DNA of 64,000 bases from IMG/VR virus record IMGVR_UViG_3300046616_000314, positions 286,616 through 350,615 of that record; one strand, given 5' to 3'. Each line of letters begins with the position of its first letter. The first letter of the stretch is position 1. Shown here in pieces: positions 43,142 through 53,161 of the stretch. The translations under genes were made by a program, and so were the position numbers. The stretch comes from a virus. The notes under the pieces are model-generated. The model was not told where the DNA came from. It was given only the letters and a program-made list of their open reading frames with translations, and ran no database searches.

Positions 43142-43615
43142 TTGGAGAATATTTTGGACGACACTGAAAACGTTGTGACTCCGGTTGAAGCAGCCGAAGC
43201 CACCAAGAAGGCGACATATGATCGCTACTTGCGTAATCGTCCTTTCCTCGTGATCAACACGGTTCGTCGTCCTTCTTCGAAGGCTCGCACGAATAAAGCG
43301 GGTTGGGCAGAGGACGAGACGAACTGGGAAGTTTTCGAACAACCCGTTCTTGTGGACCGTGTTAATGCGGTTCACATGAGAGACGCCACCGTCATTATTG
43401 ACGTTATGAAGGCAGAAGTTGTTAAGACGCGCTTCGCGGACAATAGTCCAGAGGAAGTCGTCAACTACTACCTGAATAAGTATCGCGAACAAATTTCGGA
43501 AGCGATGGGCGTTTGGCTGAACAATATGTCTAAGAAGGTTGCTGCAAATATGCGCCGCGAAGACGAATTGGCGGCTGTCGCTGCGAAGATCGACGCTACT
43601 TATAGCGCGGTCTAA
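43142..43615 (+). CDS. hypothetical protein (by position possibly clamp-loader small subunit gp62)
   Basis: 157 aa ORF directly downstream of the gp44 homolog, as gene 62 is in T4; no motif support. Confidence 0.35.
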   Translation: MENILDDTENVVTPVEAAEATKKATYDRYLRNRPFLVINTVRRPSSKARTNKAGWAEDETNWEVFEQPVLVDRVNAVHMRDATVIIDVMKAEVVKTRFADNSPEEVVNYYLNKYREQISEAMGVWLNNMSKKVAANMRREDELAAVAAKIDATYSAV

Positions 43616-43630
43616 CTCGGAAACCATTTT

Positions 43631-44239
43631 ATGAAATACATCCTTACGGATATTGACGACACAATCTTGCGCTTTGCTGACGCTTTCCAAGATTGGGCGG
43701 AAACCAAAGGTTATATCGGCACGGATCGTTTGCGCGATACTTGCTCAATAGAAAAACTTTTGGGGTCAACGGATCGAGAGATTGTCAACAATTTTATTGA
43801 CGAATTTTCGTGTGATCCGAAGTTCATGGCTAACCTTGAACCCGAACCAGACGCGCTCGTCATTCTCCCGGTATTGCATAAGATGGGTTACGAAATCGTG
43901 GCAATTTCCTCATGTTCGGATAAGCCGGGCGTGCAGGAAAGTAGAGAAGCAAACCTGAAGAAAGTTTTCGGGTTTGATTTTGCTGCGGTCCATTGTGTGG
44001 GATTGCAGCAACCGAAAAGTGCAGTGTTGAAGAATTATCCTTCATCGATTTGGGTGGAAGATAATTTTAAACACGCACTTGACGGGGCGTCCATAGGTCA
44101 CAAGAGCTACCTAATGGAACGTGAGTATAACCGTGACAAAGGTTTGAGATTTGCCACGGGGCGCATGGTACCGAATTGGTACCATATCCACCATGATATT
44201 GTGCAACAGGGTTTTCTTTTAGATTATGCGAGTGCGTGA
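43631..44239 (+). CDS. HAD-superfamily hydrolase (5''(3'')-deoxyribonucleotidase-like)
   Basis: MKYILTDIDDTIL (DxDxT motif I), VAISSCSD (motif II), IWVEDN. Confidence 0.5.
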   Translation: MKYILTDIDDTILRFADAFQDWAETKGYIGTDRLRDTCSIEKLLGSTDREIVNNFIDEFSCDPKFMANLEPEPDALVILPVLHKMGYEIVAISSCSDKPGVQESREANLKKVFGFDFAAVHCVGLQQPKSAVLKNYPSSIWVEDNFKHALDGASIGHKSYLMEREYNRDKGLRFATGRMVPNWYHIHHDIVQQGFLLDYASA

Positions 44240-44411
44240 GCAACTTTTAGACTTGGAACGCCAACGTCGGTTAGAAATTGAACAACGTCGTATCGGTCAG
44301 CTAAAGACCCTTCGTAATCAATTTTCCACTTCGTATAGCAAAAAAGCTATCGAATATTTGGATACCGCCATTGCCCTTCTCGAAAGCGAGAATCAATGTT
44401 CGGGAAACTAA
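44226..44411 (+). CDS. small hypothetical protein
   Basis: 61 aa overlapping ORF. Confidence 0.3.
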   Translation: MRVREQLLDLERQRRLEIEQRRIGQLKTLRNQFSTSYSKKAIEYLDTAIALLESENQCSGN

Positions 44412-44947
44412 CGACCATTTGCGGTCCAATGTATGCTGGTAAGACCACGGAACTTTTGAAGCGAGTCCTATGGGCTCAACAGGGTCAAAAGAAACGTGTT
44501 CTGGTAGTAAAGCCAGCATTTGATGATCGGTTCTCAACCACTAAGATCGTCTCACATGACGGTCTTTCGGTTGACGCCAAGTCAGTTACGACTTGGGATC
44601 AAGTTGCCTTAGAAGCCGCCGACTCTGAAATTGTGTTCGTAGACGAAATACAATTTTTCCAAGAGCCGCATTTCAAGGGAAATATCATTGAGCATATTCG
44701 AGACTGTCTAATAACGGGCGCCGACGTTGTAGTTACAGGTCTCGATATGGACTGGCAAGGAGAGCCGTTTCTGAAGACGGCTCTCCTTGCCGGAATGGCA
44801 GACAGCACGATTAAGCTGAAGGCTAACTGCACCCGTTGCGGTCAGCCTGCCGCCAAGACGCATAAGAAAGTCCCCGATGGGGAGCAAATCGAACTGGGCG
44901 CGGCTGACAAATACGAAGCCCGCTGTAACGATCACTGGGGTATGTGA
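44396..44947 (+). CDS. tdk: thymidine kinase
   Basis: Walker A ICGPMYAGKTTELL, VFVDEIQFF, and the C-terminal zinc ribbon CTRCGQPA...C. Confidence 0.85.
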   Translation: MFGKLTTICGPMYAGKTTELLKRVLWAQQGQKKRVLVVKPAFDDRFSTTKIVSHDGLSVDAKSVTTWDQVALEAADSEIVFVDEIQFFQEPHFKGNIIEHIRDCLITGADVVVTGLDMDWQGEPFLKTALLAGMADSTIKLKANCTRCGQPAAKTHKKVPDGEQIELGAADKYEARCNDHWGM

Positions 44948-45083
44948 TGAAAGACGCCGCGATAGGCATAATCATCCTGTCCGCGTTCTTGATCACGGGA
45001 TATCTAGTGCTTCTGCGCAAGCCAGGGATTGCAATCATCTACCTATTGGTGATGACCTACATCCTCATGGCGACGATGAACAG

Positions 45084-45347
45084 CTAGAATAAAATCGAAA
45101 TTTCACGAACGTTGCCATCCTTGTCACGCACGAGGATGGCTTCTTCGTTTTTACGAACAGTCTTGACCCATTCAAGAAGCTTGAGGCTGTTCTTCACGGT
45201 TTCGGTATAGGTCGAATCCGTCTCTGCAACGTGTGCATCGAGAAAATCCCACACCGACTGTGGGATAGACATATTCAAATTACGCCGCTTAACCATAGCA
45301 TTTCTCCGATTCTGCTTAGGTATAGCACGTATTTTGGCTACCACCAA
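45084..45347 (-). CDS. hypothetical protein
   Basis: 87 aa ORF. Confidence 0.4.
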   Translation of the reverse strand: MVVAKIRAIPKQNRRNAMVKRRNLNMSIPQSVWDFLDAHVAETDSTYTETVKNSLKLLEWVKTVRKNEEAILVRDKDGNVREISILF

Positions 45348-45682
45348 ACGTGAATAAAGACCGGGGTTACAGCAACGTCGATGTCGTGTTGCTTCAAGAA
45401 CCTCAACATCTTCCCGTCGAAATCGTCAAGCGTATCGACGCTCGGACCATCGTACTCCGGGTGATAGTAATCGCGCAGCAACGTGAGATCGATCACCGAA
45501 TGCTTACGAAAAAACTCGGTACTGATGTACCGCGCCTTGATTAGAGCTTGGATGTCTTGATCGGGAATAAAGCACCAATCAAGAACAACGGCATTCCGAT
45601 GGATGAATTCGCTCATACAAATCTCCTGATCAATGGTGGGGATTATTGCACGCTTATATGATTTTGTCAAGAAGACAATCAT
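45338..45682 (-). CDS. hypothetical protein
   Basis: 114 aa ORF. Confidence 0.4.
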   Translation of the reverse strand: MIVFLTKSYKRAIIPTIDQEICMSEFIHRNAVVLDWCFIPDQDIQALIKARYISTEFFRKHSVIDLTLLRDYYHPEYDGPSVDTLDDFDGKMLRFLKQHDIDVAVTPVFIHVWW

Positions 45683-45816
45683 TACTAATGAATACTATTA
45701 ATATCGAAGTATAGCCAAGTATTTGCTATGGTTAATAAGTGAATAGATCATGAGTAGTCAAAAATTCCCTAGATAAAACCATACTTATTTAAAAAAATCT
45801 CTACTCCTAAATATTT

Positions 45817-46638
45817 GTGAGCGGTTTTAACAAACTCAAAATGGAGGCTGAAGTGGCAAGACACCTCGCCAGAAATGCAAAACGGTCTAACAAGCCCAAC
45901 CCTCGGGAAGAACGCAACTCACCCGAATATTCTCGTTCTAAGCAACGAGGCGCCAACGTCATCGACTTTGATCACGGCAAAACTCAAACCAAAATTAAGC
46001 GTGTAGAACTTACACCGCGTAACCTAGCCCAAGAAGACTACGTTGATGCTCTCGAAAACGATAGCAAGTCAGTAGTTTTCGCAATGGGTCCAGCCGGTTG
46101 CGGTAAGACTTTGCTGGCAACACAGTATGCCATCAAGTGCTTGCAAGAAGGTTTGATTTCCAAAATCGTCATTACTCGTCCAGCCGTCTCGGTTGACGAA
46201 GAACACGGCTTCCTCCCCGGCGATCTTATCGCCAAGATGACGCCCTGGATGATGCCGATTTTGGACGTGTTCAAGGAACATTATTCGAAAGATCAAGTCT
46301 TGAAGATGTTCACTGATGAAGTAGTCGAAATCGCTCCCCTCGCGTATATGCGCGGTCGCACATTCAAAAACGCAATCATCATTGCCGACGAAATGCAAAA
46401 TTCGCAAGTCAGCCAAATGAAGATGGTTCTCACCCGTATCGGTGAAAACAGTCGTATGATCGTAACTGGTGACTTGAACCAGCATGATCGCGGTTTCAAG
46501 ATCAATGGTCTTGGTGATTTTGTTGAACGTCTAGAAAAGCGTGGAAGCAAGGCGATTTCCGTCATTCGCTTCGATGCACACGACGTTGAACGTCACCCGA
46601 TCATTGAAGAAATTCTTGATATCTATGGTGATGACTAA
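45817..46638 (+). CDS. phoH: PhoH-like ATPase
   Basis: Walker A AMGPAGCGKTLLA and the PhoH core ITRPAVSVDEEHGFLPGDLIAKMTPWMMPI...IIADEMQN...MIVTGDLNQHD. GTG start at 45817; the alternative is ATG 45841. Confidence 0.85.
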   Translation: MSGFNKLKMEAEVARHLARNAKRSNKPNPREERNSPEYSRSKQRGANVIDFDHGKTQTKIKRVELTPRNLAQEDYVDALENDSKSVVFAMGPAGCGKTLLATQYAIKCLQEGLISKIVITRPAVSVDEEHGFLPGDLIAKMTPWMMPILDVFKEHYSKDQVLKMFTDEVVEIAPLAYMRGRTFKNAIIIADEMQNSQVSQMKMVLTRIGENSRMIVTGDLNQHDRGFKINGLGDFVERLEKRGSKAISVIRFDAHDVERHPIIEEILDIYGDD

Positions 46639-46683
46639 ACAACAGTATAACCGGGGCGCCGCTCACTGACCCGGATGGTTAAA

Positions 46684-46718
46684 CTGAAAGCCCCGCTCTA
46701 ATCAGCGGGGCTTTTGAG
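46684..46718. terminator. bidirectional rho-independent terminator between convergent genes
   Basis: AAAGCCCCGCTctaatcAGCGGGGCTTTT with A/T tracts on both sides. Confidence 0.6.
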
Positions 46719-46725
46719 TCCTCGG

Positions 46726-47010
46726 TTATGCAGCTTTCCTATTCATATCAACGTATTCGTCATACGCTGCTTTAAACGAAAGCCCAATATACCATCGATT
46801 GTTGTTCGGACACGTCTTAATCCACAACGTATCGTCGCGGCGATCATAGCCGAACGCTTCAATTACTTTTTCAAGTTGCTCTCGCGTCCCCTCATGCAGG
46901 GTAGACGGAAAATCATGCCCATATTCAGCAAATGCTTTGGTAACACGCCAATAAATCAAATCTGTCATGAGCAATTTCCTTAGTCGGATTCCCGACAGAT
47001 ATCCGTGCAT
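46726..47010 (-). CDS. hypothetical protein
   Basis: 94 aa ORF. Confidence 0.45.
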   Translation of the reverse strand: MHGYLSGIRLRKLLMTDLIYWRVTKAFAEYGHDFPSTLHEGTREQLEKVIEAFGYDRRDDTLWIKTCPNNNRWYIGLSFKAAYDEYVDMNRKAA

Positions 47011-47039
47011 CTGCGCGCTGTCAAGCTACGAAAATCGGC

Positions 47040-47067
47040 TTGACAAATATAGGATAGACGATAATAT
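47040..47067 (+). promoter_or_regulatory. sigma70-like promoter (TTGACA, 16 nt spacer, TAATAT)
   Basis: TTGACA at 47040-47045 and TAATAT at 47062-47067, 30 nt upstream of the 47097 ATG. Confidence 0.4.
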
Positions 47068-47096
47068 AGCCAAATATTCGTTTAGGAGTATTTGTC

Positions 47097-47474
47097 TTGA
47101 AGCTTAAGAAAGCCCCCAAATCGGTTGCCGATATTCGTACGAAGAAGGCTCAAGGAAGCCATATGGCGCCGACAAGCTGGGACAGCTACTTGCGCACTAT
47201 GAACGAGCCCAGGCGCGTTCTAACGCCCAAGGAAGCCCGCGAAGCGGGCAAGGCATACTCCGGTCCCCTCATGGACGATAAGGGCAAACTGGACGGTTCC
47301 TGCAACCGCACGGCGTGCCAATATCCGCTTAAGGGCGAGCCCCGACAGTGGTATATGGAGGACATCACGAAGAACCACTATTGCGATCAGTGCGCTCGCA
47401 TGTTCAATCGTGATGATCGCGATATGCGTCAACCCCAACGTTGTATGCCGGTGGACCGAACCCATGAAGATTAA
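47097..47474 (+). CDS. Cys-rich small protein (zinc-binding?)
   Basis: CNRTACQYP...HYCDQCARMF. Confidence 0.45.
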   Translation: MKLKKAPKSVADIRTKKAQGSHMAPTSWDSYLRTMNEPRRVLTPKEAREAGKAYSGPLMDDKGKLDGSCNRTACQYPLKGEPRQWYMEDITKNHYCDQCARMFNRDDRDMRQPQRCMPVDRTHED

Positions 47475-47760
47475 ACTTCGCATCACCATGCGCGCAGGCA
47501 TGAACGGCGAGCTTGCTCGCAAAGGAACCCCGTATTCGGACTACGAAATCCTGTTGGTGGATGAACTTCCGACTTACTCGGAAACCGTGCTGAATACCAT
47601 CGTGGGTTATGATCGGTTCATGAGCCACGTCTACGACATCGACCAGATTCGCCAGGATGCGGTGACGTATCTGAACGAGAAGGCGAAGTTCATGCATATT
47701 CAAATCGCCGAACCGGAGATCATCATCACCGATGCCGCCAAGAAATTGATGCTGGACTAA
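47464..47760 (+). CDS. hypothetical protein
   Basis: Starts MKIKLRITMRAG; internal start chosen to avoid a 65 nt overlap. Confidence 0.4.
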   Translation: MKIKLRITMRAGMNGELARKGTPYSDYEILLVDELPTYSETVLNTIVGYDRFMSHVYDIDQIRQDAVTYLNEKAKFMHIQIAEPEIIITDAAKKLMLD

Positions 47761-48170
47761 TGTATCAAGAACTTGTTCAATTTTTTCCCAAGCGTGGAAC
47801 GCTTGATATTGCTCGCGGCAAGTTTGTGCTTGCTCTAGGGAGCGATATGGATTGGTCTATCTACAAGATCATGCGGCTGGAAAAGTACGGCGACAGAGTG
47901 TTCATCGATACGGATTTTATCGATGATCCATTTCCGTTTGATACGGCGTCGTATAGCTTTCATTCGCAAGAACAATTTGAATTTCATGATGGTGACAGTT
48001 TCATCATGAAGAAAGATATTGTTGGCGTCTTTGATACTAAGGAACAAGTCAAAGCGGTCGGTGATATGATGGACGAATTGACACACCAATTCCGAAGGCG
48101 TACAGCCGAAATGCGCCTTGAATTTTGGATGGGAACCCAAGGTGTGATCAACACCGGCACGAGGTACTAA
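47760..48170 (+). CDS. hypothetical protein
   Basis: 136 aa ending ...EMRLEFWMGTQG. Confidence 0.4.
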   Translation: MYQELVQFFPKRGTLDIARGKFVLALGSDMDWSIYKIMRLEKYGDRVFIDTDFIDDPFPFDTASYSFHSQEQFEFHDGDSFIMKKDIVGVFDTKEQVKAVGDMMDELTHQFRRRTAEMRLEFWMGTQGVINTGTRY

Positions 48171-48171
48171 C

Positions 48172-48411
48172 ATGCCTTTGTATATGGACCCGCTTGAAAT
48201 GGAAATTCCGATGGAATACGTCGAATTTCCATCTGGTGATCTGAAACGTGAGCTAGTGCATTGGTGTAAAGCAAATCTCGGAACGTGTTATCACTTTGAA
48301 GAAACCGAAGCCGACAAATGGAAATTTGTTACTTTGGATGTCGAAGAAATGGCATTGTTTAAATTGAAGTGGTCCAGACAAACAAAAACGGCGGGGTTTC
48401 CCCCGCCGTAA
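48172..48411 (+). CDS. small protein of the FKLKW family
   Basis: ...HFEETEADKWKFVTLDVEEMALFKLKWSRQ. Confidence 0.5.
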   Translation: MPLYMDPLEMEIPMEYVEFPSGDLKRELVHWCKANLGTCYHFEETEADKWKFVTLDVEEMALFKLKWSRQTKTAGFPPP

Positions 48412-48435
48412 TCGTTGTCTATTTCTAAGCTAGGC

Positions 48436-49650
48436 TTAGATGAAGGACAGAGTGCCGGTGTCGATTGCAACCAGACCCAGGTAGTCAGCAGCGTTGCCGA
48501 GCGACGAAGCACTGTTGGACAGTTCAACGTAGCCGTAACGTGTTTGGAAGCTAACGACTGGTTCGAAGGTTTGCGGATCGATAACAACGCCCGAGCTTGT
48601 CAGCGGGACGTAAGGGCAGTAGAACGCAGCGGCGTCCATTTCGTTACCCTTATAACCAACCAGAACCGGAGTTGCGTCCGAAGCGTATTGGTCAACGTAA
48701 ACGCGCATGGAGTTGTTCAGAGTACCGACATACTTAGTATTGGTCGGAGCTTCGAAAACGCCTTCGGTTGTACGGGCGAAAGCCGATGTAGTTGCGGATT
48801 GCAGGATGGTCAGAGCGGTCGGCGAAACGACAACCCAGTTACCAGCACCACGGCGAGTACGCGAAGCGATCAGGTTAGCTTGACGGTTGATCAAGATAGC
48901 CAGAGCGGCGTGAACGTCACCGACGAAGGTCGGGGTACCCGAGACTTCATCTTGCTTGAAGGTCGAAGTAGCAGCACCCGGCAGAGCACGCAGCGAAACC
49001 AAGATTTCTTGGTCGATTTCTGCGGTGATTTCTTGAGCCAGGATTGCCATGATTTCTGCTTCGATGTCAATGCCTTGTTGGGCTTGAGCATCTTGGGCAG
49101 CTTCGTAAGTCCAGCGAGCCGACAGCTTGCGCGACTTAGCTTCAACGACTTCCTTCAGGATTTGGATCGACAGGCGATTACCCGGCTTTCCTTCCAGAGC
49201 GGATGTCGGTGCAGCCTTCGGGGTAGCAACGTTTTCGTTACCCGAATAGAAACGAGCGATGTCAAACGGCGACAGGGCTTCGTTACCAGCCGAGACACCA
49301 CCGCCAGCGGTCGGAACGGTATCAGCGTAACGGACGCGCAGGGTGTGGATTTGGGCAACGGGACCGGTCATCGGTTGAACGCCGATGATTTCGTTGGCGA
49401 TAACGGTAGGCATAACGCGGCGGATAACCGGCAGAATGACCTTGTTCAGAGTAGCAACCGACGCTGCGTTGGTAGCACCGGCAGTAGCCGATTCCATCAG
49501 GCGCAGTTCGCGACGGGTGTTCTCAAGAACAGTTTCCATCATCTTCTTCTTAGTTGTGTTAGGTGTACCGTCCATATTACGGGTCAGGTCTTCACCTTCG
49601 CAAAGCGTTTGCTTGATTACGCTCCACTGAGATTCAAAAAGCTTCGACAT
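48436..49650 (-). CDS. gp23: major capsid protein (T4 gp23 family)
   Basis: VIRRVMPTVIANEIIGVQPMTGP matches the gp23 signature (VRRVFPRLIAHDLVSVQPM) and GNWVVVSPTALTIL matches T4 GNWIVCSP; it sits downstream of the gp20-gp67-gp21-gp22 cluster exactly as in T4. Confidence 0.85.
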   Translation of the reverse strand: MSKLFESQWSVIKQTLCEGEDLTRNMDGTPNTTKKKMMETVLENTRRELRLMESATAGATNAASVATLNKVILPVIRRVMPTVIANEIIGVQPMTGPVAQIHTLRVRYADTVPTAGGGVSAGNEALSPFDIARFYSGNENVATPKAAPTSALEGKPGNRLSIQILKEVVEAKSRKLSARWTYEAAQDAQAQQGIDIEAEIMAILAQEITAEIDQEILVSLRALPGAATSTFKQDEVSGTPTFVGDVHAALAILINRQANLIASRTRRGAGNWVVVSPTALTILQSATTSAFARTTEGVFEAPTNTKYVGTLNNSMRVYVDQYASDATPVLVGYKGNEMDAAAFYCPYVPLTSSGVVIDPQTFEPVVSFQTRYGYVELSNSASSLGNAADYLGLVAIDTGTLSFI

Positions 49651-49668
49651 TTTGAAAAAACTCCTTAT

Positions 49669-50916
49669 TTACTTAATACCGGCAAGGCGAATAACTTGCG
49701 CTAGTTCATGATCGATTTCGGCGTCTGTATCGGAAACCGATTCTTCAAGCCGTGCGCGGCGGTCGCCAGTGACGACGGTTCCACGCTGTTCTTGGTGGTT
49801 CTTCTTCTCTTCCATCAGAGCGGGCTTAGCCGTGGCAATTGCCGGGCGAGCCTTGCTTTCGTTCAGAACGACAGGAAGGAGACGATTGAAGGATTCGCGG
49901 AGGTTAGGTGTTTTCACCATTTCCAGCATACCTTCCATGACTTGCTTCTTTTCACCGCGAAGGTTAGAAAGAAGTTCGTTCATGATTTTCGTGCGAACCG
50001 CACGGTCTTCAGCCAGCTTATTCTTGCGAATAAGTGCAGCCGACGATTGTTCAGCTTCGTTCAGCTTGGACTTCAATGAAGCCAGTTCTGATTCCTTCGA
50101 TTCAACGACGGTTTGCAGAGTGGCAATTTCAGTACCTTCGACTAGATAGCTAGTCATGAATTCAGCAGCGACAGCTTCGAAGATGCGACGACCGAACGAG
50201 TTCTGACGATTACGTTCTAGGTCTTCATGCAACTGGGTCATTTCACGCTTCAGCGACTCATTCACCATTTCCTCAACCTTTTTGGCAGAGTGCTTGATGA
50301 ATGTAGTTTGAGTTTCCTTCAGCTTCTTACGACCTTCGGAAACCAGCTTCAGACGAGTTTCGACTAGAGCACGGTGATCTTCTTTAAATTCAACGAGTTC
50401 TTTGCTGAGATTACGCACAACAAATTCATCGATTTTTTGGACACGTTCAGCTTGTTGCTTAGCAACGCTTTCCTTCAGAGCCTTCAGGTCTTCAAGAGCC
50501 GTCTTGCGGGTCTCAACGAGAGCCGAACGGGCTTCCTTCAGCTTGATAGCTTCCTTGGAAAGTTGTTCCACGGCGAAGTTGTTTGTAAGGTCAACGTGTT
50601 CCTTCAACTTCGTCTTGTACTGAGCACGCGATTCTTTTACTGCATTACGGAATGCCTTACGGGCTTCAGCCAACTTAGCGACTTCAGCCGATTGCTTTTC
50701 CGCATGTTCTGTGACCGCTGTAGTAATCATACGGTCCATAGCTTCGACGAGTTGTCCGTGGTCATGTTCATAACGACGGGCAAATTCTTCGCGAATCGAC
50801 AGTTCTGCCTCTTCACGCGCCGCAGCCACCTTTGCATCAAAGGCTTCCTGTAGGCTTTCAACGATGTCCGAAGACAGTCCAGCCTGACCAAGAAGTTCTG
50901 CGAGAGTTTTATCCAT
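49669..50916 (-). CDS. gp22: prohead core scaffold protein (gp22-like)
   Basis: 415 aa, almost entirely coiled-coil (K/E/A/L-rich), in the gp22 position between the protease and the MCP. Confidence 0.6.
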   Translation of the reverse strand: MDKTLAELLGQAGLSSDIVESLQEAFDAKVAAAREEAELSIREEFARRYEHDHGQLVEAMDRMITTAVTEHAEKQSAEVAKLAEARKAFRNAVKESRAQYKTKLKEHVDLTNNFAVEQLSKEAIKLKEARSALVETRKTALEDLKALKESVAKQQAERVQKIDEFVVRNLSKELVEFKEDHRALVETRLKLVSEGRKKLKETQTTFIKHSAKKVEEMVNESLKREMTQLHEDLERNRQNSFGRRIFEAVAAEFMTSYLVEGTEIATLQTVVESKESELASLKSKLNEAEQSSAALIRKNKLAEDRAVRTKIMNELLSNLRGEKKQVMEGMLEMVKTPNLRESFNRLLPVVLNESKARPAIATAKPALMEEKKNHQEQRGTVVTGDRRARLEESVSDTDAEIDHELAQVIRLAGIK

Positions 50917-51137
50917 AGGATGAGTTCTCCTTTGGGTTTAATCGGTTCTTTGACTGACGCCTAGACTTCAGTCATACTTACAAGGCAAGATGATTTCAGA
51001 TCATGTTGAGCAAATCGGTCGGAACCAAAGAACGCTGCAACGTGTAAGAAACACTTGCCTATACAATTATTTAGATAGACAATAAAAAAGCCCCCAGTTA
51101 AGGCGGCTTTTTCGCGTTTTTTATTCAACTAAATTGA

Positions 51138-51166
51138 AAAAGCCCTCCGAAGAGGGCTTTTTACTG
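51138..51166 (-). terminator. rho-independent terminator between gp21 and gp22
   Basis: AAAAAGCCCTCcgaaGAGGGCTTTTT (palindromic, so it works on either strand). Confidence 0.55.
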
Positions 51167-51168
51167 TA

Positions 51169-51810
51169 TTAGCGGAATTTTAGATTATCGATTACTTTCA
51201 GAAGTGTCTCTTTCAAGTGCTTCTGAGCCTTGGGGTCTTCGACCATGGCATGAGCCAACTTGTCGATTTCGTAGCCCTGGCGAGAGTGCATCATCGCTTC
51301 ATAGACAGCCTTCGGATAAGCATTCTGAGCCGAAGGGCGAGCAACCACGTCAACCGTGATGATTTCGAAATCCGAAACGTTACCGCTTGCATCAACGTTA
51401 CCCGATCCGCGCGACGAAACGCCGAGCTTCACGCCGCTTTCCAGCAGAGTACGGATGATGTTGCCCTTCGGTGTTTCGAGGATTTGCAACTTGCCCATAC
51501 CGGTGTTGCCATCCATCCACATCTTAGTAATCATGTGGGAAACGCGATCTAGGTTGATGGTCAGTTCTTCGGGGTGATCACACTCGCCGAGAACGCTTTC
51601 GCCCTTGTGCAGGGTTTCATTGATGTTATCGACCGCCTTACGAATCTCGTTAGTCGGGTAAACACGTTGGTTCAGGTTACGGACGCCACCTTGAATAAAG
51701 ACGCCAGACATGAACAGCTTCTTCTTGGCGGTATCGCCTTCGCCTTCGGTCTTCGCTTCAACGATTAGTCCAGCTTGATCAAAGGTCAATTGTTCTGTAA
51801 GAAATTTCAT
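51169..51810 (-). CDS. gp21: prohead protease (gp21 family, peptidase U9/S78-like)
   Basis: ...GESVLGECDHPEE... (the GxxDHP motif), ~213 aa, in the gp21 position. Confidence 0.7.
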   Translation of the reverse strand: MKFLTEQLTFDQAGLIVEAKTEGEGDTAKKKLFMSGVFIQGGVRNLNQRVYPTNEIRKAVDNINETLHKGESVLGECDHPEELTINLDRVSHMITKMWMDGNTGMGKLQILETPKGNIIRTLLESGVKLGVSSRGSGNVDASGNVSDFEIITVDVVARPSAQNAYPKAVYEAMMHSRQGYEIDKLAHAMVEDPKAQKHLKETLLKVIDNLKFR

Positions 51811-51915
51811 TTGCTTATCTCAAATTTAATTACAGGCAAATTCGCCCACGTAATGTCAATATTATTTAGTCGAAACTGTACTTGCTTTATCTTCAACGTA
51901 ATCTTTTCAACAAAA

Positions 51916-51943
51916 AACCCCGGAGTTTCCTCCGGGGTCATTG
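51916..51943 (-). terminator. rho-independent terminator
   Basis: Minus strand reads AATGACCCCGGAGGAAACTCCGGGGTTTTTTG. Confidence 0.55.
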
Positions 51944-51965
51944 TAGTAAGTCGTTAATCTAGAAT

Positions 51966-53036
51966 TTACTTCTTGATCAGCGGCGAGACGTTGTTACCGT
52001 CCGACTTCAACTTATTGACTTCAGCAGCAGGCTTATTGCCTTCCTTGCTGATCTTTTCCATCGAAGGTGCGGTAGGCTTGTTGTTCTTGTGTTGCTTTGC
52101 AGCGGCAACGGTCGGTGCTGTTTCACGAGCGAAACCCGAGTGGTTCTTGCTCTTGATTTGAACCGGAGCACCACCCTGACGGGCTTCCTTGCTCTTTTGC
52201 GGGATAGCAGCCGACTTGTTCTGTGTGAACGAAGGACCAGTGCCGATTTCGTCGCCGTCAGTCAGAGCGATCTTGATGGCTTGCAATTCCGACAGAACCG
52301 ATTCGTTCATGTCGTCATAGTCGTCATCTAGGTCTTCGTCTTCGTTAACGTCGTCTTCGTCAGTGTCAGCCATGTCGTCTTGGATTTCATCAGCTTCGTC
52401 TTCGTCACCTTCCGGTGCAACGTCCAGACCTTCGTCGTCGGTCGGAGCGAATTCGTCAGCCGGTTCGTCCAGAGTTTCATCGCCGTCAACGCCAGCATCA
52501 GCTTCCGCTTCGCCGTTGAATGCAGCCATAACTTGTTCGAACTTCGAAACCATGTCGTCAATCTTGCCGGTCAGTTCATCGATTTGATCTTCGACGGTTT
52601 CCGGTTCATCGTTCAGGTCGGTGTCGAGATCGTCAGCCGGTTCGCCCAGGTCATCGCCCAGTTCGCCAGCAGCATCATCAACGCCGTCAACGCCATCTTC
52701 GGCACCGAAGGCGCCAGCGTCGTCAGCAACGTCGCCCGTTTCCAGGTTTTCGTCATCAGCAACGTCATCTTCGTCGCCGTCTTCTAGGTCGGTCAGGTCT
52801 TCTTCAGTGAAGTAGTGTTCCGACGAGATTTCTTGATCCCAATTTTCTTCTAGAGCAAATTCGTCACCCGAACGGTTAGATTCGTGGATTTGACGAGCAC
52901 GCTCAACGATGAAATTGTGGAAATATTCTTGGGCTTTGTCGTTCTCTTCATTAAGAAGGGCGACCAGTGCCTTTTCTAGCATAGCACGCATGTTATTAGT
53001 TCTCCCATATGGTTTTGCACGACGCCGCTCAAGCAT
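51966..53036 (-). CDS. highly acidic prohead core / internal protein (gp68-position)
   Basis: 356 aa whose central ~200 aa are D/E-rich low complexity, with a basic K-rich C-terminus; it sits between the gp67-like gene and gp21. Confidence 0.45.
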   Translation of the reverse strand: MLERRRAKPYGRTNNMRAMLEKALVALLNEENDKAQEYFHNFIVERARQIHESNRSGDEFALEENWDQEISSEHYFTEEDLTDLEDGDEDDVADDENLETGDVADDAGAFGAEDGVDGVDDAAGELGDDLGEPADDLDTDLNDEPETVEDQIDELTGKIDDMVSKFEQVMAAFNGEAEADAGVDGDETLDEPADEFAPTDDEGLDVAPEGDEDEADEIQDDMADTDEDDVNEDEDLDDDYDDMNESVLSELQAIKIALTDGDEIGTGPSFTQNKSAAIPQKSKEARQGGAPVQIKSKNHSGFARETAPTVAAAKQHKNNKPTAPSMEKISKEGNKPAAEVNKLKSDGNNVSPLIKK

Positions 53037-53161
53037 CTGAATTATTTAGTTCTTTGAATATAAATGCTGTTGTTAACTGTAAAAAACAGTATATTTTTTG
53101 AATAACAGCAATATGATGGGTGAAAACTAGGAGAATTTAAGACTAAATCCCCCTGAATTCA

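Noticed and set aside
48415-49704. 429 aa plus-strand ORF opposite the gp23 major capsid gene
   Set aside because: R/S/V-rich antisense frame; the minus-strand product carries diagnostic gp23 motifs.
53055-53070. TATAAATG on the plus strand in the gap between the gp67-like and acidic core genes
   Set aside because: It is on the wrong strand for the flanking minus-strand genes, and no plus-strand gene follows.
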